NCBI GenBank assembly: GCA_964106915.2
Contig: OZ066915.1
Strand: one strand, 5' to 3'
From: Podarcis gaigeae
Lineage: Eukaryota
Length of the DNA stretch: 64,000 nt
Shown here: one piece after another, positions 38,907-53,111 of the stretch
Layout: each line of letters starts with the position of its first letter
How positions within the stretch are numbered: position 1 is the stretch's first letter
The notes under the pieces: generated by a model
What the model saw: the letters and a program-made list of their open reading frames with translations, nothing else
Told to the model about the DNA's origin: nothing
Database searches by the model: none
Translations under genes and position numbers: made by a program

Positions 38907-39058
38907 TATTCATTCATTCATTACTGTATCTATACCCCCAACTTTCCTACAAGATGCTCAAAGTGGATTCCATAGTTCTCCTCCTCATTTGATCCTCACA
39001 ACAACCCTGTGGGGTAGGCTAGGTGACTAAGAGACTGACTGGCCCAGTGAGCTTCATT
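38907..39058 (-). mobile_element. MIR/CORE-like SINE fragment
   Basis: ATCCTCACAACAACCCTGTGGGGTAGG core motif and (TTCA)n tail. Confidence 0.6.
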
Positions 39059-39109
39059 GATGATATTATCCACAGAGGTAGCTATTACTCAAATAGGTAT
39101 ATCGTAAGA

Positions 39110-39243
39110 CAGGCATACGCAAATTCCGGGCCTCTAAATGTTTGGGACTACAATTCCCATCATCCCTGACCACTGGTCCTGTTAGCTAGGGATGATGGGA
39201 ATTGTAGTCCCAAACATCTAGGGCCAGAGTTTGCCTATGCCTG
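39110..39243. mobile_element. hAT-type palindromic MITE
   Basis: TIRs CAGGCATA.GCAAA...TTTGC.TATGCCTG; internal hairpin ATGTTTGGGACTACAATTCCCATCATCCCT/AGGGATGATGGGAATTGTAGTCCCAAACAT; degenerate 8-bp TSD TCGTAAGA/TCATATGA. Confidence 0.85.
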
Positions 39244-40974
39244 TCATATGACACTGACCCAATTGCATCCTAATATTTAATCAGTGTCACTGATTAAATT
39301 CTAGTTAGTTCTGGCTAGGGGGAAAAGTCATGGGATTTCCATGAAAGACATACCCAGATTTGGTTGCAGTTTGAAGTTACATTTTCCAGCTGCTTATTTT
39401 GGACTTCCCAAAGAAGGATGTAAGACCTAAGAGATCCCCTCATAGAAATTGCTTGCTGGAAGTTTGAAATTGCAATAAATTCAAATCCCCTCTGTTAGCC
39501 TATGTTTTCTCCACTTTGTTTTGATGCTATAGCCTGTTTTCACTGCTCCTGCTGTATCACTGAATGAGTAGATATGTTGACAAAGGCATGCATGCATGCA
39601 TGCATAAATGCACCCAGCATTGTCATCATCATTGGATTAATGGACCAATATATCTGCAAAGCATTATATTGGAATTGTGGTCTTGTCTGACAGTTTCCCT
39701 TTAATTATTTGTCATGAGTTCCACCATCAAACTTTATGTAGCAACATGGGTTAAATTCTAATGACAGCATGTCTGCCAGCAATGTGGAATGTACATAACC
39801 TTTTCCTGACCTTGTCTAACACATTATTTTCATGTTTTTTTCCCTTTGTTTTTTGTTTGTTTGTTTTTTGGTGTTAATGTTGCATAGACAAAGCAATTTA
39901 TAGATTTTTTCCCCCTAGGGTGTTAAGGAATAGGTTTCTTACAGTTAGTTTTTCTTGTGTGGTTAAGATGTTTTGTCAGTTTATTGATCCCTACTTTTTA
40001 TTCATAAACCTTTTATTTTCAGAGGCAAGTACTTTTTCACAGTTGCCTGGTTTTAATTGTGATCAGGAAGCCACAGTATTTTGAAGACAGTTTTTCTAGT
40101 AAATTGCAAGCCATCATCTTTTTGTATTGAATTAAAAATTAGAGGACTGCAATACAAAAGGAATACCCATTATATTTTATGTGCAGTAACCATTGCTCTG
40201 CTTGCTGTGCATGCATTTTAGTATTGTAACTGCCTATCAGAGTATTTGGACATCACAGGTGTGGAATAGAGGACTTCCGCAGGGCTAAATAGGATCTCTG
40301 CCATCATCAGGGACCTCCTACCCTGTTGCAAATGAAAAAATTCCCAAACCAACACTAACCAAGGATTGTACATCACTGGCAGTAGAGAACATCTCATATG
40401 CACAGCCCTTCACCAGAGATGGCTGGAAGTTTGGATGTCTGAATAGAAGTAAATGAAACTTGGGCACACTTTTGGCACCCCTAGGTTTCCTCTCACCAGA
40501 CAATGCCATGGATTCATTGGGCAATGGACTCTAATGCACCTGAGTGCCCCTTGCCAGTTGGGAGGGGAACTCTGTTCCCATCCGTAGCAGCCCTGCTAGT
40601 TCATTGTGGATACCTACTGACATCTTTAATATATGCCTGTTCTGTCTCATTAGCATCATATCCGTGGGCAGTGCTATTTTTCTAGAAAAAGAGGTGCCAG
40701 AGCTCACCATGAACTTCTCCCTTGTTCTCTTAGAATAACAATGGCGCCCACCTGAGAGGTGCTGGATCTGAGCTTCAGTGGACTCTTGCTGGAAAAAGCC
40801 CTGTCCCTGAGTAGCAAAGAAATGGTCATTAGGAAGAGACTGCATGGAAGCAGACTTGATCCTCACTGGATGCTTAAGTAAAAATGGCTGTAATTGAGGG
40901 CACAGGGTTGAATCAAATGCTGTCCTACTCAGAGAAGACTTGTTGAAATTTATAAACATGACTAACATTTCCCA

Positions 40975-41565
40975 CTTCTACAATATCCTTTTTGAGGGGA
41001 GACAATCAAAACAGCACACAGTATCAGTGGTATACTTTGCGCCTTAACATTTCAGCAGCGTGCTCTGCAACACTAAAATGTTGGGCAAAAACTGGCCGTG
41101 CTCCCATCAATCCACCTCTGAAAGTATTCCAAATTTAGTCTCACTATGAATTTGCATAACAGCATTATGATACAGGCAGTTTTGTTTTCAATCCTGTTCC
41201 TAGTGATCCCTAACATGGAATTTGCCACAGCTGTTGCACACTGGGTCAACATCTTCACTTAGCTATCCATCACAGTGTTAGGGTCTCTTCCCTGGATCCC
41301 ACTAGCATATATGTGGAGTTTGGAATTTTGGGTGCCTTTGTGCATCATTTTGCATGCTTACATTGAATTGCATTTGCCCTTTTAGTGCCCATTCACCCAG
41401 TTTGGGGAGATCCTTTGGAGCTCTTCACAATCACTTTTTGTTTGTTTGTTTCCACCCTGAACAATGCAGTGTTAGCAGCAAACATGCTGCATCTTTCTGC
41501 TCACTTGTAACACCTGGTTATTTAGGAACAAGTTAAAAAGCACAGGTCCTGATACTGTTCCTTGT
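40975..41565 (-). mobile_element. degenerate CR1 LINE ORF2 (RT) fragment
   Basis: Minus-strand translation remnants QCATAVANSMLGITRNRIENK...IVRLNLEY and a QGTVSGPVLFN-like motif near 41530-41563; frameshifted. Confidence 0.75.
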
Positions 41566-41687
41566 TACCTCCCTCCATTGTGAGAAATATTCCTCCTGTG
41601 CAGTAGGAATAAGCAGTCATCCATCACTTTGTCGGACGGAACCATCTTCCCTCTCCTCCCCTCTTTTGCAGGTTTTCCTGACCTCCC

Positions 41688-41989
41688 CAGAAATAATTGT
41701 GGGGTGTGGGAGGGGAGGGGTGAAAGCCCCATTAGTGGGAGTCCTTGCACTGACTTCCACTAGTAGGGCTCAGTGGTTGAATTCTGCCCTCTGCTTCCAG
41801 TTCTTGAACTAGTTACTAATCTATAAATAATCTATAAATAAATACTAATCAGAAATAATTGTGGGGTGTGGGAGGGGAGGGGTGAAAGCCCCATTAGTGG
41901 GAGTCCTTGCACTGACTTCCACTAGTAGGGCTCAGTGGTTGAATTCTGCCCTCTGCTTCCAGTTCTTGAACTAGTTACTAATCTATAAA
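41688..41989. repeat. perfect 140-bp direct tandem duplication with 22-bp filler
   Basis: 41688-41827 equals 41850-41989. Confidence 0.95.
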
Positions 41990-43674
41990 AGACCTGCCTT
42001 CTTATCTGCTAAGCTGATGAGTCTTTTGTGATGGAATATATGTAAAATATGAGATAGTGAAGATCATGGCAAACTTTTGGGAGAAGGATATCTCTGATGC
42101 TCACATGCTTTGCACAATGAAACCCTGACCTATTACCGCTAAATAAGCAGTATACTGTTATTGGTGACATGAATAATAGTGTTAGCAATTCTGGAGTTTC
42201 TGGCATAGTATCTTCCCAAGCAGTTGTTGTTGTTGTTGTTTTATCCACTTCATTTATACGCTGTACAGTATTACTGGCTGTTTCCCATAAACTTCACTCA
42301 TGATGGCCTCTTTGGGTTTATTTGCCCAGTGGCAGTAAGAAATATTAGATATTTAGTGGGAGAGAAAGCATAATTATAGGATTTGTTTTGAAAGGCATGG
42401 AAGAGGTGTGCTCTGAATGACAGCAGGCAACGTGCTTCATAATAACCTTCTGCATTAAAATTACAGTAGTTGCACAGGGAGAAGAGGCATTGAATAGGCT
42501 ATGCCATGCTTACTTTGAATTAGCATGTCAGTAATGATGGATGGAGCAAACAAAAAAAATTGACCTGTCACGTTATGATTATGAGCCGGAAAGCCTTAAG
42601 GCATTTGTAATTGGCTCCAACCAGCAGTGTTAACAAAGAGGAATTGGAAAATGAGATTATTAGGGTGATATGATCTTCTTTACATTTTTAGTATGCAAAA
42701 AAGAAAGAAATTGCAAGCTACTTTTTTTAAAATGTAAGCCATAAGGCTCACGATTGCAAACTCTCATTCATTCCCTTGAAAAAATAGAAATAAAGGAATA
42801 GTGCCTTTTAAGCTGACAGTTTAGACCATGAAAAATACATGAGCTACTGGAAACTAAGACGCTGGGCCTCATTCTGAAACTGTATAGGAAGTTGGCCTAA
42901 ACTTCTCTTTGCCCATACTAGGATTGATATGTGTTCATTTTTTCTATACATTATGCATCGTTCTCCAGAGGGTCTCTGTGGGTTTCAGTGCCAATGGAAA
43001 TGACTGTTTTTCACTTGGTGAATTTTCAACATACAGCAAAGAAAGTAAATGTGTAATGCAATACATGCCCCCGATGCAAGAAATAAGCATTGATGTTAGA
43101 ATTAGCATCATCACATTCCCTGCCTAAAATATTTCTTTTAAAAAATAGTCCATAAATATTGAGGGCTAGATTCAACTCCTCAGTTCCATTAGAGGAAGCC
43201 AGTTCAAGGATTCCTAGCAGCATAATAGGGCTTCCCTCCTCCTTCCTCTGCATGTCTCCTATGCGTCCCCCAAATCCACTCTGGAGGGTTGAGACAGTAC
43301 ATAGGGAAAAGAAAAAAGAAATTGTTCCATTGAGAAAGCAGAAATTCCTTAGCTCTACATTGAATTCTACCCTGACAGTGTATCATGCAGAAAAGAATAG
43401 GAACTAAGCTTTGGGCCACACTTGCATGAAAGTATCTTGTACCAGGTGGCATTGAATTGCAGCCAATACTTCATTTGGGTACAGAATACTGTCAGGCAAA
43501 TTGCTCCCATGCCAATCATAGCAAATATATGCAGGAAAAAAATATGGAACTGAGGTGGGCACCCCACAAGCTAGACATCATGTCTGCCATGTTTTTCATT
43601 CTAAACTAGGTCTTCTGTGCCATCAAAGTGGACATTTCTGTATGAGTTTCTTCAGAGGCCTGTTACAGGGACTG

Positions 43675-43818
43675 GACATGGGTGGCTAATCTGTGTCTCT
43701 CAAGATGTTGTTGGACTCCCAGCACCTATCAGAGCTAGCCAGTATGACCAATGCTCAGGGATCATGGGAGCTGGAGTTCAACAACTTTTGGATGGCCACA
43801 GGTTGGTTTCACTTGCTT
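43675..43818. mobile_element. degenerate hAT-type palindromic MITE (related to 39110-39243)
   Basis: GATGTTGTTGGACTCCCAGC...GGGAGCTGGAGTTCAACAAC hairpin arms. Confidence 0.55.
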
Positions 43819-46257
43819 TAAAGTCTTGGCGTGAATTTTGTCTTTTTGTTGTTACAGTCTGCCTCGTTCTGGAATTTCCCCCTAGTTATAGATGTTCCTA
43901 CAGCTGCAGCAACATTCCATGCAAACCAGCTGGAAGAGATAAATCTCAACACACACACTTTGTGACTTGCAAACTCACTATTGCCTTTCTGGGTAACTAC
44001 AGACTCATTTGATTCAGATTCAGCAGGGAGAAGCTGATCCTAGATGCTACTGGTGCAGGAAAAGTGGTCCACACAGCATTGTTACTTTCAGATAACAATC
44101 CATGCTGCTTGGCTGTACTTTCATAGCTTACTTGTAAATAAAAGCTTTACAGATCTTTTTTCTATTTGTAACTAAAGCTGCCCTAACCTCTGAATAGCTG
44201 TTATTCCTCTCTGACAAAGGGGAGCTGCATGCAGGTTGCTTACTCCAGCACTTGATCTCTCTGCCATGGCAGACGTGAACTCAGTATGAGGCCGGTATGA
44301 GGAAGGTCATAAAAGTGTGTTCTTGCTTCTCCACCTGTTTATCTGATGCAAACAAATGTATTTGTAGGAGCAAATTATTCACAGGGTTTGGAGGAATATG
44401 CAGAACAAAGCTCTCTTCCCACAGCAGCAGAACAATTCTCTCTTAAGAATATGTTCTTTAGAGCATCTTTGAGAGCCTAATCCAGGAAAGATGACATGAG
44501 GACTGTAACATACATATGTAGCATGCACATCATCAAGCACTCTTGGGACTAGGTAGAAAAGCACTTAGGCTTGATTAAGCAGAGGAAAGGAATCTGTGCA
44601 TTTGTGAGCCACTTAGCCTTACCTTTTCTTCCTATCAAGATAAAGCTCATTACCTCCACAGCATGCTGCCTCTCCATAGGTTTGGAATGATACTAGATAA
44701 CTCCAGCAGCACAGCCAAGTGTTTTACATCACAAGCAAGTGCTGAAGCGGCATTTTCTGGCTCCTGAAGTTAGCAAATCTAAAAAGAAACACCAATAGGT
44801 CTCCCCAAGGGCACCTACTGCCATTTCACACCAAAAGTAGCAATCTTTAAAAAATCAATAGGGTTTTCTTAAACACTGGAACAAAAATTGAATAGAAATA
44901 TCCTTCAAGTTATTATTAATTTTATCCTTCAGATGTTTTATACTGCTGAACTGGTATTGCTGATGTCTCCTGTAGCCAGATCTCTTTTTTGGGGGGGGGG
45001 CAAGGAATTCAAGTGGGTTTTATAAAAGGGTTCTTAGCCTACATAGCAGCATTAAACTGAACAACGAAGCCAACGTCAACAGATTTTAAGCAAGTCTTCC
45101 TTTAATTTATGGGTACATACTGATCCCTTTGGCGTGATTACTGTTGTAAATTAGATGAAGTGGAGAAAGACAATTTGATGTTGGTAATTCAAGTGTAAGC
45201 TAAGTTTTCCTATTGTCATGTGCACTGTGTGCTTTGCAGTCTTGGGCTGGACATTGGCTGGCTTAGCAACTCATCAGAAGAAGGTAGGATTCCATTCTCA
45301 TTTTTCATTAGTTGGGTAATGGAATGCAATTTGGCACAGCTGGCAGCTTCTGCTAAAGAAACATCCTGTATTAAATGAGAATGGTGTCAAAAGGCCAGAA
45401 AGAACTGCAGTGCTGTAACAGCTCTCTGCAGAGAAACTTGCATGTTGTATTTTTCATATATTAATATTTATTACTGACTTCACATTACTCTAGTACCCAA
45501 ATACTCAGCAAAAAAATCACAGAGAGCTTTTTCCTCTCTTAACATCCCAGGAGCAAAGGGAGCAAAACATATGAGCATCACCAGAATAATTAAGAGGTTA
45601 AAGGGAGGCCCTTTCAAGAGAATGAGGGCATTCCTCCTTTAATTTGATCATTCCTCAGGAACACCTATATTTATTTCCAACTGAATGATTCTGCTTGGTG
45701 AACGAATATTGGTTTAAACAATTAATTGGGTTGGTATGCCAGCTATGCTTACCAAAGCCACAGTTCCAGCAGTAACAGTATCAGGGCTTTAAAAGATAAT
45801 TAGGTTTTTTTAGCTATTGATCCCACCCTGGGCCTGCCAAGCTCTGCCTTTGACTGTCATATACCTCCAGATTTAAACCTGCCTGCAGCTAGGAATGGAT
45901 GAATCTGTCAATCCGGTAAGCCTTGCAGCCATGATGCATTCCCTTATGGCCTGCTCAAATTGTCCTCAAAACCATTGCTCAGATCTGCCCCAGGAGACCA
46001 ACAATGTGCAAAGTTGCAGCAGTTTGCTGTGGAATTGCAAAGCAACAAGGGTGGCAATGAGATAGCATGCCATTTCTATGAGAACACACACACACACACC
46101 CGGTTACGGGATGCTCTCCTCAAGGAAGTTTACCTGGTGCTCGCTCTGTCATTTTTCAGCAGCAGGCAAAAATATTTTTGTTTCCCCAAACATTTGGGCT
46201 GTGTTAATGGTCCAGCTTCTGCCATCAGTTGGGTAAGGGTGGCTATTCTGTGTTTTA

Positions 46258-46615
46258 AAAGGTAAAGGTACCCCTGCCCGTACGGGCCAGTCTTGCCAGA
46301 CTCTAGGGTTGTGTGCTCATCTCACTCTAGAGGCCGGGAGCCAGCGCTGTCTGCAGACACTTCCGGGTCACGTGGCCAGAGTGACAAGCTGCATCTGGCG
46401 AGCCAGCGCAGCACACGGAATGCCGTTTACCTTCCCGCTGGTAAGCGGTCCCTATTTATCTACTTGCACCAGGAGGTGCTTTCAAACTGCTAGGTTGGCA
46501 GGCGCTGGGACCGAACGACGGGAGCGCACCACGCCACAGGGATTCGAACCGCCGACCATGCAATCAGCAAGTCCTAGGCGCTGAGGTTTTACCCACAGCG
46601 CCACCTGCATCCCGA
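46258..46615 (-). mobile_element. Sauria (Squam1) SINE, full length
   Basis: Perfect 13-bp TSD ATTCTGTGTTTTA (46245-46257, 46616-46628); closely similar to 27531-27892. Confidence 0.95.
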
Positions 46616-49215
46616 ATTCTGTGTTTTAGGTGATTTCAAATGAAAACATTTAGTATACGTTTATTGTTTTTAACAGATATTTTATTCTGTAGTATTCTGT
46701 TTTACTTCTCATGTAAATCACGACAGGACTCCTTTTGATTGTGTTAACTAAGCATAATAAACTAAAGTGATGAAGGTGACTCTACTACTTACCTTCTGGT
46801 TACTGAAATAGCTAGTAAGGGAAAGAAGTTTTTGGACCTATGTTCTACCTTAGTTCATTATTCATCTATGGAGAGTGATTTCCTCTGGATATTTTGAAGA
46901 TTCCTGCTGTGTAAAGAGGAACTGACCTTTTGCCATCCACTTCAAGCTTCTCACAGAATCAGAGCTTGCAGTATTGCATGCTGGTGCCCTTGGCTAGGGC
47001 ACAGACAAAGAGATCTTTGAGCAGACCTAAGCAATTTTCATCTCTCTCTCCCCACTGAAACAATAGGAAGAGAAGAGACAGGAGACTACTGCGATTATAC
47101 AGCTTGAAGGTAGGCAGGCCATCCAGAACTGCTTTAGTTGTTAATTTCATGCCTGTAGGCAGCAGCATTTTCTAAGTTGTTCTTGGTTGATTTAACCAGC
47201 TTGGATAGCACTCGTTGGCCACAAGCCTGCACCTTTGATGTGTGTGTTCTTTTTCTGACCAAGGGAATATTCACAATGAGTCCTCATTTGAAGCAAGATC
47301 CATCAAACATGTGAAACAGTATTTGAACTGAAACATAGCTCTCCTTCCAAGTTTGCACTCGTCTCAATTTCGGTACGCAGTTTGCCAGTCTATATTTACA
47401 AAAACGCGTACATCGGAGGAAACTGCTTGCAGAAAAATGTGTACATTAATCAGAACGGTATCTAAAATGTGTTTCTTAACAACAACAAAATGCAGTAAAA
47501 TTATTGTTGGCATCCATCTGTCTTGAAAGACAATGAAAGAGTACACTTTTGCAGGTGAAGTCAAACTGTTGGAAGGTTGCAGCGTCTGGGGCAGATGAAG
47601 GCTGCTGTTGTTTGCTGTTTGCAAAAAAAAATTGTGTACATAATTCAAAACCACATCTTAAACCACTGAGAACTGAATTTGAGATCCAAAAAAATGAGAA
47701 ACTGGGATAACTGAAATTGACATATGCTTCTATCACTAGTCATCACCATAGGAAAAAAATATATTCCTACACACGTGGGATCTGAGCTTCAGTGATGGGC
47801 ACATATTCCTTTAATACATCTGTCTAAAACAGCACTCTTACTCTGTTCTCTTCTCTAAAACTCATTTTCTTCCTTTTTGTGTGCAGATAAATCAGAATCC
47901 TTCCACAGATAACTTGTTCAGCTCATATTACACCCACTTCACCAGCCATAAAAGAAAATGCCTTCTGTCAATATTTGTGCGTGTGTTTTAAATACGTAGA
48001 CTTTTATGTAAATGAGTAAGTTTTAAGGCAATGTTGTAACTACATCATACATTCTGCCTATCTACAGCTCTCGTCCTTTTCATTACTTTGCTGAAAGTGC
48101 AGAGCATAATGCAAAAATAATTAAAAGAATCTCCTTAAATATCATCATGCAAATGTAGCTTGGCAGCAGCAGCGTTTTCTGTAAATGACGGAAATTACTG
48201 CAGAAAGCACAGGCATTGTTGCACGCAGTGATGGGGTTATTACTGAGACAAAATTGTCGCACACAGAAATGTTGTTCATTTTCATCTTATGTCTCTCTGA
48301 AATGTCTTGGAGCTGTACTTATTCTTGGACCTCAATTTAAAACTCAGGTTTACCAAAGGAAAAGGCTACATCTCATCTGTGGAATTTATTTCTACATTGA
48401 CCTGTGCTATTGACCCTGCCAAATGGGTATCACAAATCCACTTTAACACTTTAGTTTTAGTGGAGCCGAGTGCTTGCTCTTGGTCTGGGGCAAAAGGTTG
48501 AAGGACTTTGTACAGTTCTTGAAAAGAGGTGTCCAAGCTGTTTTAAAAGGTTCTTTTATAGTTAAAGAAATGATCCTTCCTCATTTTCAAAGTCCTGCTA
48601 ACGGTGCAGGTTGTAAGCACATCTGTAACAACAAAAACAACCGTCGTAGTCAGAGCCACAGTAGTAGTCATAGGAAAAAAGAAGCAGCAGCAAATATATA
48701 CTAGTTTCCCTGTGGATTTCAAATGCTGCACATACATTATCTCATACCAACCCACTATTGCATACAAAAGAGACAGGGGGTTGAGAAACTGAGGTTCTTG
48801 CCAAAGGCAATCTAGTAAGTTTGTGGTTCATGTGCGGTTTAAAGCACGGACTTCCTGGCTCACAGCCACTGCAAATGCTGTTTGGGTTATCAGCTTTTAA
48901 AAGGAGGGGAGGTGGGAGTAGGGAGGTATATTTGAGATTTCCACAGCACTACATGAAAAGACTGAGGTCTGCACTAATTTGTTTCTCTGTACCTGAACTC
49001 TACCTACAAAAGTTCATGGTAGCTCCCAAACAAGAGCCTCAGCATATACTAAAAGATAAAATAAAAGTAACTTTTCACAGCAGACCAAGAGTTAAAACAG
49101 CAACAATAAAAATCGGGTGTTCAGTTTTTAAAAACACGGTTAGAAAGCACTCCCAAGACAGCATTGCTGACCAGGGGGTGAAGTCAGAGGGGGTGAAGGA
49201 GGAAAGGCCTTAGTA

Positions 49216-49358
49216 TCATAGAATTGTAGAGTTGGAAGGGACCTGAGGGTCATGTCATCCAACCCCCTGTGATGCAGGAATCTCCACTAAAGCAGCCATG
49301 ACAGATGGCCATCCAACCTCTACTTAAAAACCTCCAAGAAAGGAAGAGTCCACAACTA
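49216..49358 (-). mobile_element. CR1 LINE 3' end
   Basis: ATCATAGAATTGTAGAGTTGGAAGGGACC is the reverse complement of the CR1 terminus GGTCCCTTCCAACTCTA..ATTCTATGAT. Confidence 0.85.
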
Positions 49359-51195
49359 TCAGGAGGCTTCATGCAACCAGAGTGGGGGAGTCTAAACGCA
49401 TCCAAATAAGGACTGATTATGCCCCATAGTAATAGAACACTGTGTTTGTTGAAAATGAAAACTGGGAGGCAACGGAAATGGAAGTGGTTGGCTGGAAGTA
49501 GCCACAGCAGCAAGGAGGCTGCAAAACTCTTGATCTGCTTGTCAGAGAGGCTGTTTGAGAGAACATGCAAGGAGCTCAGAGCTGGGCAAGGTGGAGAGTA
49601 GAAAGCTTTCTATGTCTTCCCGCATTGTCCTTTTTTGCCATTTTTCTTCGTTTTCCTTCTCCAAAAGCAAGAAGCACAAGTAGGCAGAAGAAGGGACATG
49701 TGCATACAAAAATGTGAGAGAAAACCCATCTCATTTTCTGAATAGGTCATTTCCCGAGAAACTATTGTTTACATGTCCCCAGCTTTAGTAAAAGAGATGA
49801 ATGTGAAATCCAAGATTTTAACATAGCTGAAATTAGACACCGGTGCATCTATCCCCCACCCCACCCAAAAAACACCTCCCAAGATGTAGTAGGAAATATA
49901 CGTGTTCCATGTATTTCTAAATCAGTTCTTATTTAGTGTAATGTGTTTTCCTTAAATAGCTTTACTAATGCAAATTCTAAAGAAAATGCAGTTCAGTGTT
50001 TCCATATTGTAGGTTAGGGCATGCATTGTAGTTCACACTGAATACTGCAGATCATGTGTGAAGTGCTTTATAACCACCCTTCAGAATCACCCATCTCTTT
50101 ATGCTACACCCCGTGTAACATAAAAAGACATCTGGCGAGTACAACACAGGGGAAGACTGGGCTATAGTTTTCTGGTGTTCTAATTATGAGTGACCTGGAG
50201 TGGTTAGAGAAAGGCGAGATTTGGTTGCTGAAAAATCAATTTGCTATTCACCAGAAACTGGCAACCCAACAAAATTTATTAAGACCAATATTACTAGAGT
50301 CAAAAGTATGCGTAACATTCATGAAGCTGCTGCCATTTCCTCTACTTTGACCACATGCTAACTTTTATAAAGATTGCTTTGCCTGTGAGTTAGTTTTAAT
50401 GTGGTTGCAAGCAGAAGTTAGTAACTGAATATGATGTGATGTTGTTGCTATTGCTCCCTTTAACTGCCTCAGAAACTGCCCTGTTAAAGATAACATATAC
50501 AGGGAGATAATTGATTGAATTAATTATGTGTAGGAATTACATGATTATGTGAGATAGCAACATCAGTTCTATTTATTAGTTTTGAATAGAGAATATATGG
50601 AGCCATTAAATGACATATTGCATCAAGTTCTGTATTAATTAATCTCATTTGTAGAGAGAAAGCACATACCTAGGACTGCATTAAATGCCAAATAAAATTC
50701 AGTGGATTACTTAAAGTCTGTGGTAGATCATGGTTTCGTATTGTTAATGGCCTTTACCCTGTAGATGTCAGATGTCCAGTTTTTCTAAGGAAACCTAGTC
50801 TCTCATCCATAAGAGAACTGCTCACTGGAAATTCCAATTTTAAAGTCATCATGTGTAACATGTTTGAGGGAGACATGTCAAGGAGCAACATGGTGCCAAG
50901 AGGGGTTAAGCGCAGTTGTTGATGGAAGCATGAAATCTGACGATTGGGCATTTTTGTAGAACACACACACACAACCAATTTTGATTTGAAAGGAGCTGAA
51001 GTGAAAAAGCCATTTGAGCCTCTGCAGTGTGTTGGAATGAAACACAATCAGGTCACAATCAGGAGAAAGGATATCAGTTGCAGACTGCATTTTGCCTAGT
51101 TCCTATCTATACTATCAAAATATTTCTTGTAAAGCCACACAAATGAAAGGCAAATAGCCAAAATCTATCATACCAAACCCTCTTCAGGAAAGTGC

Positions 51196-51200
<5 letters not shown>

Positions 51201-51227
<27 letters not shown>
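51201..51227. repeat. poly(T) tract
   Basis: 27 consecutive T. Confidence 0.95.
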
Positions 51228-53012
51228 GTTATTATTGCAATAGGTTTTGTGCAGGTAACAACAGCGAAAAAGAACAAAACAGGTTTCGTAATTCAGTACT
51301 AAAGTGTCTCGTTTCATTTTTTTAATTTGTAAGACAAGGGTTATACTCTCCCCTAAATGATGTCACATTTAATTTTTACCACTAATCTGGTACATCTGAG
51401 TATTTTGCAAAAGTGCGAGTCATTCTGCGGTATGTAAACCCTTCAGTGCCCCGTCCCCATTGTTACAAGGTTTAGCTGCAGTTTTTTTAAAGTATAAAGA
51501 AATAATTATAGTCTAAAAACGTATGGATGAGAAATGTATTGTGCTATGTGATCTATAATTATTAGTGATGGAGGCAAAGTTCAAATTGGAAGAGCTTGGA
51601 ATACAAACTCCCAGATCAAAATGCCTCAGCTAAACACCCTTTCAGATATTTTGTTTTTATGTGGTAATCAATGTGTAACTAGTGCAAGCCACATTTCCTG
51701 TGTTGTGGACCATTCTGACCTCACCCCTGGTATCTGAAGGTTAAGGGTAGATGTCTGAATAGGGGAAATGTGCCTAGACATTCCCTCTTCATACACTGAT
51801 GCTCAATGTATGGACATTGTGACTAGCTTGTTGGGCCCTGCTTGGGAATTGGTTACAAGCTTTTGTCAAAATTTCTGATAATGGCAAATATTTTATTTCC
51901 TTTATTACCTCAGGAAATGTGTATACAATTTGATTTGATTTTTAAAAAAAACAACACCCCTCAAATATGAGCTGAGCATAGATTCTTCCAGATCTAGTCC
52001 TGGGCTCACCAAGCTTTCTGACTGTCAGTCTTCCCCATTCCCCTTCTTTTCTCCCAATTTTACCTGGCAAAATCTTTCCTGATTCTCCTGCCCCTCTTTC
52101 TGGCTTTTAGAATGGAAAAAAGAGTTCTCAGCATTCCTGAACTGATATAGATATGATGGACATATACAGCTACTAGTGCTATGTATAGAAATCAATAGCA
52201 TTCTGCAAAAATACACAGGGTTATAGAATTAGGAGAGTGTCATGGAGAAACCATATACAAGCACAGCAACAGATATACTTTGAGTGAAAGACACCTGGAG
52301 GCACTATCAGTAGTGTGTAAGTGCATTGCTGATGGCTCTTTTGTGAAAGATAAGAAGAATCTGGTTTTAAAATATTCTTTTGAATTCTTGGGGCAAGTCC
52401 TGCTAGTGGAAGCCTGTGCAATGGCTTCCACTTGCACAGTGGGACTCCCCCTCTTCCTCTGTGCACCCCATAAACTGTCTCTGGGGGGTCAGGAGAACCC
52501 CTGGAATAGTGTGCTTGTGGGGCAGGGAAAGGGGATCATTCCATCCGGCAAGCTGAAATACTTGTGCTGACAAAAAGGTTACCATACTGTTGCACTGAAT
52601 TTTTTCCTTGAACCACATGTATCTCAGTAATGGTGTCAACTATACTATACCTTAATACAAGTTTTAAAACTAATATGTTTTTTAATGCTTAAAGAGTTAT
52701 CTTCCCAACAATTTTGTCACCATTCCAGGAACCCCTGCACGAGACCATGTGTGCCCATGTGTCCCCTGGGTTAAAAGCAAAACAAAAAAATATTATTCTT
52801 CTTGAGTGCTGGGTGTGTACGATGTTACTAATATAACAGGAGCAATTTAATTTGCCCCAGATAAAATTCCACAGAATGGCAGAAAGTCTCCTGGAGTCGT
52901 TAGAACAAATTATATAGTCTGCAATAACTTTGGTGCCTAGTTCACTTTTATGTAAATTTAGCATGTACACTTTTCAGACTTCGGTTTCAATGGTTTCAAA
53001 TGACACATTAGT

Positions 53013-53067
53013 TAGGGTTGCCATATTTCAAAAAGTAAAAACCAGAACACCCTGAAAATGTTTTTTA

Positions 53068-53111
<44 letters not shown>

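Noticed and set aside
39919-39933. Possible 15-nt microexon after ccccctAG
   Set aside because: In phase 0 it ends in TAG, and the donor GTTTCT is poor.
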